The position numbers and the translations under genes were made by a program. A DNA stretch of 63,652 nucleotides, counting the filler, from Pirum gemmata (taxonomy: Eukaryota), in assembly GCA_002812295.1 (NCBI GenBank). It is 28 parts of 28 records of this genome, joined end to end, with 100 filler letters (N's around TTAATTAATTAA, not from the genome) between each part and the next. Parts side by side here need not be neighbours in the genome. Positions count along the whole stretch, not along the records: positions 53,812 to 55,717 come from PDIN01010406.1; positions 55,818 to 57,723 come from PDIN01010407.1; positions 57,824 to 59,697 come from PDIN01010408.1; positions 59,798 to 61,671 come from PDIN01010409.1; positions 61,772 to 63,652 come from PDIN01010410.1; 23 more parts are not named here. One strand, 5' to 3'. The notes beneath the pieces are model-generated. The model was not told the DNA's origin. It searched no databases and worked only from the letters and a program-made list of their open reading frames with translations. Positions 53,885 to 63,652 of this stretch are shown here, piece by piece. Each line of letters starts with the position of its first letter. Positions within the stretch are counted from its first letter, which is position 1.

Positions 53885-55324
53885 ATGGAATCAAAATTGA
53901 TAAAGTCTAATTGTTCTTTGTCAAGAACCACCATTTTGGTTTTGGGACTACTCGTTTGGGCTTTCTTTACATATTATTCGTTTACCCAGCGTACTCTAAA
54001 TTTAATGAAAGTTTCTAAGGAAATGCAACTCTTAAAGTACAAAATTGACGGTATAGCCAGACTTGTATCGAAGACGAATATAGAGATAAAAGATGTACAA
54101 CTAGCTACTGATAAACTAAACAAAACTTCAACCCCAAAGAATTTAACTGACCAAATTTACACCGAAGTGAAAGACTTTAAAACAGCTCTTCATGTTGTTC
54201 ACAGTAAATTAACACCAAAGTTGGTGAAAAATCAATTGGCAAAAGGGCTAAAAGAATTTAAACAAGAATTAGCAGTATTAATTGATACTGTAAACAAAAA
54301 ATTAGCTTCACAAACTTCCTCTGTCGTTGACTCTATGAACTATATCAGCGAAGAGGCTATGCGCTTAAAAACAAGAATTCATAATATACAGCAAATTTTA
54401 ACGCCAAGAAAGGTGACAACTCGTTTAAGCGAACAGGTCGATTACTTAAAAAATGAAGTTGAGAACATAAAGAAAAGTTTAAGTTTAAGCAAGAGTGAAC
54501 GCCGGCCTAAGATATTGATGTGTCTAGTTGGCGCTGACCGTACTTTTTCTATGAAAGTGGTACACAAGAACTTAAGGGAGAATGTTTACAAACATTTTAG
54601 TAAATACGCTGATGTTGATGTCAAGGTCATTACCTTTCATAATACAAAGTATTCAGTTGCCTCATTGAATAATTTCCATGGTATTAATTGTGCTCATCAT
54701 GAAGAATTTGTTAAAGAGAGTTCTTTTCGTTTGCATCTCAACAGCAGCACAGAAAGTAATTTCCATGAAAATTTTGGAAAAGAGCTATGTCCTGTATGTA
54801 ACGAACCCGGGCATTTACAAATGGCCTGGGTAGATGCTTGTTTTGTTGAAGGAGACAAAAGTGGTATTAAGTACGATTATTATCTACGGGTTCGACCTGA
54901 TGGATTCTTTGGAAAGCCTTTACCAAAATTGAATTTCTATAACGATGGCGTTCTTTATACAACTAAAAAGCATGATTCCAAAGGTAGTGATAAAGTTCTT
55001 TTCTTCTCCAAATGGGTTTATGAGAATTGGTGGATTCCTGGAGTAAGACGTATTTTGAGAAGTAGTGATGAAACTATTGGTTTATACCCCGATTATAAAA
55101 TATTTTTTGTAGACAACACGGTCGTACAGCAGCTTGATACCCCCTTTTGTCTAGTACGAAACTCTGATCTTTGCCAGTCGTGGATGGGAGAGGAACCAGT
55201 TACTATTTTTAATTTTTTGCGTAAAAGTGATGACAATGAGAATTGTACTTTACCCGTAGAAAACAACCGACGACGTCGATCAATACCCCTCGAACCACTC
55301 TTGAACGATCCATGGGACTGGTAA
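53885..55324 (+). CDS. 479-aa type-II membrane protein: N-terminal TM helix, coiled-coil stalk, putative glycosyltransferase-like domain
   Basis: Intact intronless ORF with a hydrophobic segment ILVLGLLVWAFFTYY and the motifs MCLVGADRTF and YDYYLRVRPDG. The function call is inference. Confidence 0.8.
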   Translation: MESKLIKSNCSLSRTTILVLGLLVWAFFTYYSFTQRTLNLMKVSKEMQLLKYKIDGIARLVSKTNIEIKDVQLATDKLNKTSTPKNLTDQIYTEVKDFKTALHVVHSKLTPKLVKNQLAKGLKEFKQELAVLIDTVNKKLASQTSSVVDSMNYISEEAMRLKTRIHNIQQILTPRKVTTRLSEQVDYLKNEVENIKKSLSLSKSERRPKILMCLVGADRTFSMKVVHKNLRENVYKHFSKYADVDVKVITFHNTKYSVASLNNFHGINCAHHEEFVKESSFRLHLNSSTESNFHENFGKELCPVCNEPGHLQMAWVDACFVEGDKSGIKYDYYLRVRPDGFFGKPLPKLNFYNDGVLYTTKKHDSKGSDKVLFFSKWVYENWWIPGVRRILRSSDETIGLYPDYKIFFVDNTVVQQLDTPFCLVRNSDLCQSWMGEEPVTIFNFLRKSDDNENCTLPVENNRRRRSIPLEPLLNDPWDW

Positions 55325-55539
55325 CATCTGGACTATGGTATATATGACGTAGGATTGGGGGCTACAGTTAGGGTTACAGTTAGGGCTGGGGTTGGGGTTG
55401 GGGTTCAATTAAAAGATATAAAATTCCCCTCTAGAAGAAAGTCGCAGAATACAGGACGGCGTACCCACTGTAATAAGGTAGTTGTACTGTGTTTATCACT
55501 AAAGCGGTTAGCCACGCTCAACATTTTTATTTCTAGTTA

Positions 55540-55699
55540 GGAATCATTTCATAAAGGACGGTCACCTAATCTTACCTATGCCTCTTTGTAAAAGTTCATT
55601 TTAATAATTGATTACTGCCTAAAACAGTTTAAGTCACACTTTCGAGCAATGACTTTAATCAAAGAATAAGTGACGTCTGTCCTTATGAATGTTTTTCCC
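55540..55699 (+). mobile_element. MITE family E copy with TTA flanks
   Basis: TTA|GGAATCATTTCATAAAGGAC...GTCCTTATGAATGTTTTTCCC|TTA. Confidence 0.8.
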
Positions 55700-55975
55700 T
55701 TATAGTTAAAAAAAAAANNNNNNNNNNNNNNNNNNNNNNNNNNNNNNNNNNNNNNNNNNNNTTAATTAATTAANNNNNNNNNNNNNNNNNNNNNNNNNNN
55801 NNNNNNNNNNNNNNNNNATATATATATTATTAGATTGTTGTCGTATTTGGACTGGGAACATTAATAAGATTATCAGTGAAGCTATCCAGACAAATTCTTT
55901 AAACGATTATATTGTTTCCCTAAGTTCACAAGGTAAGTTTTGTTGTACTCTATTTGGAAGTTGTGTCATTGAGCA

Positions 55976-57395
55976 AATGGTTGTGGTTCTTATTATTGGT
56001 GACCGTGTAGTTTGGTTTTGTGGTTCATTATTTGTGATTTGTGGTTTGTGGTTAGGTCATGTGATTGGGTTATATGGGTTTAGCGTTAGTTACGTGGTTT
56101 ATCGTGGCAGTGGGCTAATGGTTGTGGTTCTTATTGTTGGTGACCGTGTAGTTTGGTTTTGTGGTTTATTATTTGTGGTTTGTGGTTTGTGGTTTGTGGT
56201 TTGTGGTTAGGTCATGTTGGTTATATAGGTTTAGCGTTAATTACGTGGTTTGTTGTGGCAGCGAGCTAATGGTTGTGGTTCTTATTGTTGGTGACCGTGT
56301 AGTTTGGTTTCGTGGTTTATTATTTGTGGTTTGTGGTTTGTGGTTAAGACATGTGGTTGGGTTTTATGGGTTTTACGGCTGTTATGTGGTTTGTTGTTAC
56401 GGTTAGCTAATGGTTGTGGTTCTTATTGTTGGTGACCGCGTAGTTTGGTTTTGTGACTTATTTTTTGTGGTTTGTGGTTTGTGGCTAGGTCATGTGGTTG
56501 GGTTATATGGATTTAGCGTTAGTTACTCGGTTTGTTGTTATGATTATCTATTGGTTGTGGTTTTGATTGTTGGTGACTGTGTAGTTTGGTTTTGTGGTTT
56601 CTGATTTGTGGTTGGGTTATGTGATTGGCTTACATGGGTTTAGCGTTAGTTACGTGGTTTGTTGTGATGGTGAGCTAATGGTTGTGGTTCTGATTGTTAG
56701 TGGCTGTGTAGTTTGGTTTTGTGGTCTATGATTTGTGGTTTGTGGTGTTTGTGGTTAGGTCATGTGGTTGGGTTACATGGGTTTAGCGTTGGTTACGTGG
56801 TTTGTTGTGATGGTGAGCTAATGGATGTGGTTCTGATTGTTAGTGGCTGTGTAGTTTAGGTTTGTGGTTTATGATTTGTGGTTTGTAGTGTTTGTGGTTT
56901 GTAGTGTTTGTGGTTTGTAGTGTTTGTGGTTAGGTCACGTGGTTGGGTTACATGGGTTTAGCGTTAGTTACGTATTTTGATGTGACACGAGCTAATGGTT
57001 GTAGTTCTGATTGTTGGTGGTTGTGTAGTTTGGTTTTGTGGTTTATGATTTATGGTTTGTAGTGTTTGTGGTTAAGCCATGTGGTTGGGTTACATGGGTT
57101 TAGCGTTGGTTACGTGGTTTGTTGTGACGTGAGCTAATGGTTGTTGTTCTGATTGTTGGTGGCTGTGTAGTTTGATTTTGTGGTTTATGATTTGTGATTT
57201 GTAGTGTTTGTGGTTGGGTTACATGTGTTTAGCGTCGGTTACGTGGTTTGTTGTGACGTGAGCTAATGGTTGTGGTTCTGATTGTTCGTGGCTGTGTAGT
57301 CTGATTTTGTGGTTTATGATTTGTGGTTTGTAGTGTTTGTGGTTAGATTATGCGGCTGGGTTACATGGGTTTAGCGTTCGTTACGTGGTTTGTGG
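55976..57395 (+). repeat. GT-rich tandem satellite, about 10 units of about 130-175 bp
   Basis: Units starting AATGGTTGTGGTTCT (or close variants) at about 55976, 56117, 56267, 56409, 56550, 56677, 56820, 56994, 57136 and 57265. Confidence 0.92.
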
Positions 57396-57931
57396 TAATG
57401 TTAATGTTGTTATTTTGGTTTTTTTTTTTTTTGAGAAAGGCGTGAGTAGAGGTATCAAGAATAGAGTTATTTGTGTTTTGGGTTAATTTGTATTTGCTTA
57501 ATATTGTTTTTTTCATTTTGTGGTTGTTGTTATTTTTTTTATAGTAAGTAATGAAGTTTGGTCTTACGTGTGTACTGCCTATGCTTCTCAATTGATAGAA
57601 AAGAGCGAAATACATAAAGCTGTTAATTATCTTTTACTAGTTGATAAAGTAGTGGAGGCGATAAATACCTACATTAAAGCCACCTTGTTTCGGTTTGTTT
57701 GTTTATTATTATTATTATTATTANNNNNNNNNNNNNNNNNNNNNNNNNNNNNNNNNNNNNNNNNNNNTTAATTAATTAANNNNNNNNNNNNNNNNNNNNN
57801 NNNNNNNNNNNNNNNNNNNNNNNAAGCAGTTATTTAATTATATTAACAGGTTTTTTGCTATATATATATATATATATATATATTGTCTTTGAATTTTTCA
57901 AATTTTTTTTGTAGCGCTATTTGTATTGGAT

Positions 57932-58223
57932 TACGTCATAGGTCTAAGTGTGAGGGAAACACAGATAACGTCATAATAATATTTTCTTCCGTGGTGTGTG
58001 AGGGAGAGTGGGGAAAGTTGAAATTTCTTGTTTATTATTAATAATATTACTATATATGAAAGCAATTAGAGTGGCCGTGAGTATCATGTTATTTCAAATA
58101 TGGTAATATAATTATAAAAAATATTTTTCAACTACTCTCACGCTCTGTCACACATCGCTGAAAATTGGTATTATAATGACGTCATCCACGATTGCCTCAT
58201 ATTTTAGACCTCATGGTTACGTA
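57932..58223. repeat. Old imperfect inverted repeat (about 100-bp arms), foldback/MITE-like
   Basis: AGGTCTAA...TGAGG...ACGTCATAATAATA...GTGTG...AGTTGAAA is mirrored at about 58125-58223. Confidence 0.6.
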
Positions 58224-59840
58224 TAGTAAACTTATTTTGTTTTATATTGTTTTTACTTTTGTTTATTTTCTGGATGTAATTGTTTTTTATTATTGTCCTT
58301 ATTGCCTTTGAATTTTTATTTTATTTTTTTGTACTCTATGTGTATTGGGTTACGTATAATAAAATCGGTTTCTCAATCCGTGACAAATAAAAATATACTT
58401 CTTCCGGTTTTTATACTATAGGTACGGAGTTCAAAAAAAGTTCAAAGAAATCGAAAACCGAGCTTGCAGCGTCTGTAAAAGGTTGGGATTAACTTTTCTT
58501 TTTATTATTATTATTAGTTGCTTATTATCATTCTCGATTTCATTTCTGTGCAATGTTCTTATTCTTATTTTGGCTTTGTTCTTTTTATCATTAACATATA
58601 TAACGATAAAGTAGACTTATATAATTGTTTGTCTATTTTTAAATATAATTTCTTTTTTAAAAAATTGCTTCTGCGCAATGTTCTTATTTTGGCCTTGTTC
58701 ATCCTAACCCTAACCCTATCCCTATCCCTATCCCCTAACCCCTAACCCTAACCTTAACCTTAACCCTAACCCTAACCCTAACCTTAACCGTAACCCTAAC
58801 CCTAACCCTAAATTAAACTTATATAATTTTTTGTCCATTTTTATAAACATGATTTCCTTTTTAAGTTTTAGATTGTTTGTTACTATTCTCTATGCTGGCC
58901 TTAATAAAAGTAAAATTTAACGTGTTTGTTATTACTATTAATTATCATTATACGATCTTTATTTTGTATTTTTTGTAGTGGTATCGAATACTTTTCAGGT
59001 TAAAAATAAGAATAATGTCGTTATTACTTTCTGTGGTATGAAATTGGTTTTTTCTTGCCACGTATCCTCAAGACCCTTATGATAAGATTTAAAATTACAG
59101 CGAGAAGGTTAGGGTTGGGGTTAGGGTTAGGGTTATGGTTAGGGTTAAGGCGGGGTTAGGGTTAGGGTTAGGAACCTTTTTTAACCATTTCTGAGGATTC
59201 TATTATTAAAAATGTAAATCGTTGGTGGGGAGGGGGGTTGAAAATGAAAAAGAAGAATTTTTACCGTTATTATATCATCATAGCAGTAGCAGTGTTCGTA
59301 TTCTTGTGTTCGTATTCTTGTGTTCCCATAATTATTTACCATCTTTTTTTAAATAATAATGAAAGTGATTATCTTGGTTGATCATTCAATATTTAGAATT
59401 GCTAATAGCTAAATAGAGCTAAATTGCTTAGTAGACTATACATACATATACATAATCATAAATTTTAAGTTGTTATTTGGAAAACAAGTAAGTTATTATT
59501 TTAAATAAAAACCATTTATCGATTTTGTGGGTAGTATTACAATTTGCAATTTGAGTTAAAACGAGTTGAGGTAGCATTGTGAAATTTGTAATTGACTTTT
59601 GTAAAATCTAAATAATAATAATGATGATGATGGTGATAATGATGATGATGACGATGATGATGATGATAATAATAATAATAATAATAATAGTAGTAGTNNN
59701 NNNNNNNNNNNNNNNNNNNNNNNNNNNNNNNNNNNNNNNNNTTAATTAATTAANNNNNNNNNNNNNNNNNNNNNNNNNNNNNNNNNNNNNNNNNNNNTAA
59801 TAATAATAATAATAATAATAATAACTTGTAATAAAATATA

Positions 59841-60233
59841 CCTGGTACATGAGTTTCATTAAAAACTTGGGTTTCTTGCTTTACTTTGTGAAAATCCAAA
59901 AAGCCTTCATCCTGGCTTACATCAATGTCAGATAAATCGTAAAACCAATTTTCAAAAAAATCATCATCATTATGTGCACCATTTTTGTTAGCACCCATGC
60001 TACCAAGATCCAGGCCTTCAAAATAAGAATAAGTATATTGTTCACAAAAGCTTTCTACTTTATCAGAATCGAATGGATACTTTTTGTGAAAAGAATCAAC
60101 GGGATCGTTTTCGTGTTTTTTGTATAAGTCTCTGACTTTGTCTTTTTCTTCTGATGTTAGGAAATTATTTTTTTCCAAGGCATTTTCAAAGGATATGAAA
60201 GGAGGTGACCAGTGGGATCGCATATTTTCTTGT
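59841..60233 (-). CDS. Putative exon of an unknown acidic/aromatic protein
   Basis: About 130 normal-complexity codons between an ATTAG| site and a CCAG|GTATAT site, flanked by microsatellites. Confidence 0.45.
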
Positions 60234-61771
60234 ACTAATTGTTGTCTGTTGTTGGTGTTGTTGGTGTTGTCTGTTGGTGTTGGTATCTTTTATATGGTGT
60301 ATGATGTTATTGTCCTTATTGTTGTTATTGTTATTGTTATTGTTATTGTTTTTATTATTATTATTATAATTATTATTATGTGCTTGCTTGTGTTGGTTGG
60401 TGTTGATAATGATGTTGGTTGCTGGATGTTGGTGTTGTTGTTAATATCGTTGTTATTTGTTTCGTTGATATTGATGTTGTGGTTTGTGGTTTGTGGTTTG
60501 TCGTTTGTTGTTTGCTGTTTGTTGTTTGTTGTTGGTTGTTTGTTTGTTGCTTGTTGCTTGTTGCTTGTTGCTTGTTGCTTGTTGCTTGTTGTTTGTTGTT
60601 TGTTGTTTGTTGTTTGTTGTTTGTTTTATCATTTTTTAACTTTTGAATAAACTAGTCAATCTATTTTTTCTAAAGTATGATAACAAAACAAGGACATTCA
60701 GCAAAAACAGTACTGCAAAACCCCAGCTAGCTAGCTAGCTAGCTAGTAGTAGCTATCATAGATCTACTGACTCTTCTACAGTCCGGTCCAGTATTCCGGT
60801 AGACAGGATTTTATTAACTATTTCATTCAGAAAAAAATTCTTGAAATATTCCGAAAAATATATAATTCTTATCAGTTTGATTTTTATTCAATCGTATATT
60901 CGATCGGCACTTTTTTCAACAAATTTAATGAATATTGATACTTAGTACACTAATACTAGTCTAATACTCAGACTCAGTACAATAAAATAAGTACTGTGGT
61001 ATTACTAAATCAAAAATTCGAAAAAATAAAAAAAGCTCAATTATTTGGAAATTCACGAAAAAATATTATCGAGTTCAAATAACCGCATTTTCCCGCAATC
61101 TCTTCAAGTAACCACATGGGAGAACGCTAGCTAGCTAGCTAGCTACTAGCTAGTAGTAGTGGGAGCGTTAGTTAGGGTTAGGGTTAGGGTTAGGGTTAGG
61201 GTTAGGGTTAGGGTTAGGGTCAGGGTTAGTTTAGGGTTAGGGTCTAAGAGAATCTAAGAGAGCGTTAGTATCATAATATTATTATGATAGAGTATAGCTA
61301 GCTAGCTAGCTAAGCTACAGAGTTTTTTTTTTTTTTGGCGTAAATAAAATAACCTATTCTATTTACGCTTATGCTTCTGTTGTGATGGTGGTTTTGTTTG
61401 TTTGTTATTACTACTACTATTCTTATTATTGTTAATAATGATAACAATAATAATAATATTAATAATATTATTAATGATGATAATTATAATTATTGTTGTT
61501 ATTATTATTGTTGTTGTTGTTGTTGCTGTTGTTGTTGCTGTTGTTGTTGTTGTTGTTGTTCTTGGTGGTGGTGGTGGTGGTGGTGGGGATAGTAGCCTAG
61601 TAGCAATAGGTGGATGAGGAGAAGCAGAAGCAATAGTGATAGTAGTAGTAGTAGTATTAGTAGTAGTAGTANNNNNNNNNNNNNNNNNNNNNNNNNNNNN
61701 NNNNNNNNNNNNNNNTTAATTAATTAANNNNNNNNNNNNNNNNNNNNNNNNNNNNNNNNNNNNNNNNNNNN

Positions 61772-62052
61772 TACCGCCTACCTACCTTCCCCTTGACGTG
61801 ACATATTATTTGAAAGCTCCCCATAACCAACACCTAGTAGCTTCTCTAGCTAGCTAGCTAGAGTCTCTACTACTTAGATACTATACACAGCTTCAAATAC
61901 CCCTAACTACCTACCCCTTGACGTTAATTTCCGGTCAAATACCGCCTACCTACCTTCCCCTTGACGTGACATATTATTTGAAAGCTCCCCATAACCAACA
62001 CCTAGTAGCTTCTCTAGCTAGCTAGCTAGAGTCTCTACTACTTAGATACTAT
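61772..62052. repeat. 168-bp tandem duplication containing family B MITE ends
   Basis: 61772-61884 is repeated essentially exactly at 61940-62052. Confidence 0.85.
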
Positions 62053-62403
62053 TAGGTAGCTAGTAGCTAGTTGTCTAGCTCTAGCTAAATTCTACTCTAC
62101 TCCTCCTTGGACCTTAGCGTGTGATTGTATCGATATACTCTTTGTAACTTTGTATCGAAGTCTATATAGAATTACCGTGGGGTAGGTCGCATGGTTGTTT
62201 GTAGTTTATTATCCTCTCAATCTTTAATTTGGTACAGTTTAAGTATATAGTTTATAAAATACAGCATTAAGAATAAAATATACTTAATTAATGAAAACAT
62301 GTCTGATAGTACGTAATATTATATTTATTTCAGTTTTTGAATAATATATTATCATATCTGATATCAGTATCAGTTACACTACTAGCTACTAGCTAAACCG
62401 ACA

Positions 62404-62592
62404 GCTTTCGTCTATGTCATTACAGTTGTCTTCTCAATCTTTAATTTGGTACTGTTTAAATGTATAATTGAACTTGTTTATAAATTACAACATTAAGTAT
62501 AAAATACCAAATCGATTTTAAAGCATGTCTGATAGTTTAACCATAATAATACTTTGGTATGTTTATTTCAGTTTTTGAACTGAACAACACGA
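62404..62592 (-). mobile_element. MITE family D (about 190 bp); other copies at about 36047, 40593, 48463, 50070 and 62203
   Basis: Dispersed repeat ending AACAACACGA|TA; it shares a T(C/A)GTG terminus and TACCAAATTA motifs with family C. Confidence 0.7.
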
Positions 62593-62842
62593 TAGTCTAT
62601 CCATCAGTGAGACCTACCGGTATCCATGTCTCATGATCTATCAGTATGGGATCCGGAACATTCATAGGCTAAGATAAGGAAAAAAACAGTGAGAACACTG
62701 AGAAGGAAAAAAAGTACAAAAGTAGTATGTGGTAGAGTAGGGGGGATGATAACAGGTGACTTGTGTGACTTCTTGTGTGGTCCATTTCCTAGGGACTCTT
62801 TATTAAAATTTTTAAAAAAGAAAAAATGATTGTAATAAACGG

Positions 62843-63458
62843 TTTGCTTTGTTTTAAAATGATACATTACGTACACTTATACCCCCAAGGATATTTAAGA
62901 GTACTAAAATCAAAATCCCCCTATTCGCATACCTCCAAAATATCTTAGAACTTAAACCACTATCAGCTAGCAAAGTCAAAGCAACCTCATGTAATAAACC
63001 ATTACCTCTAGCGCGTCATCCTTCAAGCTATGGTGGTGTAAATTTATGCTCAATTTGCATATTTCTATGTAGATCACTGACTTCTTTACAGTCAAATTCA
63101 CCACCCATATCACTTCAAAATTCTTTAATTTTTATACGTTCATCAAAAAATTGTTTATATATCTCAAATAATAGAGTCTGAACGTATAAAAATTAAAGAA
63201 TTTTTAAGTGATATGGGTGGTGAATTTGACTGTAAAGAAGTCAGTGATCTACATAAAAATATGCAAATTGACCACCATAGCTTGAAGGATGGCGCGGTAT
63301 GGTAGAAAGAGGTAATGGGTTATTACATGAGGTTGCTTTGACTTTGCTAGCTGATAGTGGTTTAAGTTTTAAGATATTTTGGAGGTATGCGAATAGGGGG
63401 ATTTTGATTTTAGTACTCTTAAATATCCTGTGTATGTATCATTTTAAAACAAAGTAAA
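62843..63458. mobile_element. Inverted duplication of a Ty1/copia integrase core fragment (arms 62843-63142 and 63179-63458, 36-nt loop)
   Basis: The arms are reverse complements. The merged translation KIKEFxSDMGGEF...IEHKFTPP*LEGWRGMVERGNGLLHEVALTLLADSGL...FWRYA has exact D-35-E spacing. Confidence 0.88.
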
Positions 63459-63652
63459 AGAGAATCAAGAGTAGACCTGGTATATTACTGTTATCAGTTA
63501 ATAGTGTAATTGGGGAATGGGGTACGTATCGTATTTATTCTATAGAAACAAAGGTGGTGATAATAAGTAGGCATTTTAATATAATTAGTGATGATGATAT
63601 GATTAATAATGAACTAATAACAACAACAATAATAATAATAATAATAATAATA

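Noticed and set aside
55976..57395. CRISPR array or repeat-protein gene
   Set aside because: There are no unique spacers, unit lengths vary, and frames are interrupted by stops.

Overview
This window is AT-rich, microsatellite-laden eukaryotic nuclear DNA, and it is not one locus. It is about 28 short scaffolds (mostly about 1.85-1.9 kb) joined by an artificial 100-nt linker (N44-TTAATTAATTAA-N44), so adjacency across linkers has no biological meaning. Supported host genes: the first four exons of a ROCK/MRCK (DMPK-family) kinase, a RICTOR exon, a three-exon fragment of an unknown gene, an intronless type-II membrane glycosyltransferase-like ORF, and a few orphan ORFs. The kinase and the TTAGGG repeats suggest a holozoan or other opisthokont protist; this is inference only. 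Decayed mobile DNA is abundant: one clear and one tentative tyrosine-recombinase remnant, a non-LTR reverse transcriptase, a P-element-type transposase, a Ty1/copia integrase, and at least five MITE families. Three signals stand out. (i) Spliceosomal introns are built largely of TTAGGG/CCCTAA repeats in both orientations; these repeats contain GTTAG donor-like, TTAG acceptor-like and CTAAC branch-point-like motifs. (ii) Exons or splice-acceptor modules are tandemly duplicated inside such repeat-rich introns, including a twin 43-nt micro-exon downstream of the RICTOR exon. (iii) There are long, diverged inverted duplications, one made of copia integrase sequence, that would fold into hairpin RNAs. 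All protein family calls come from manual translation and remembered motifs, not from database searches.
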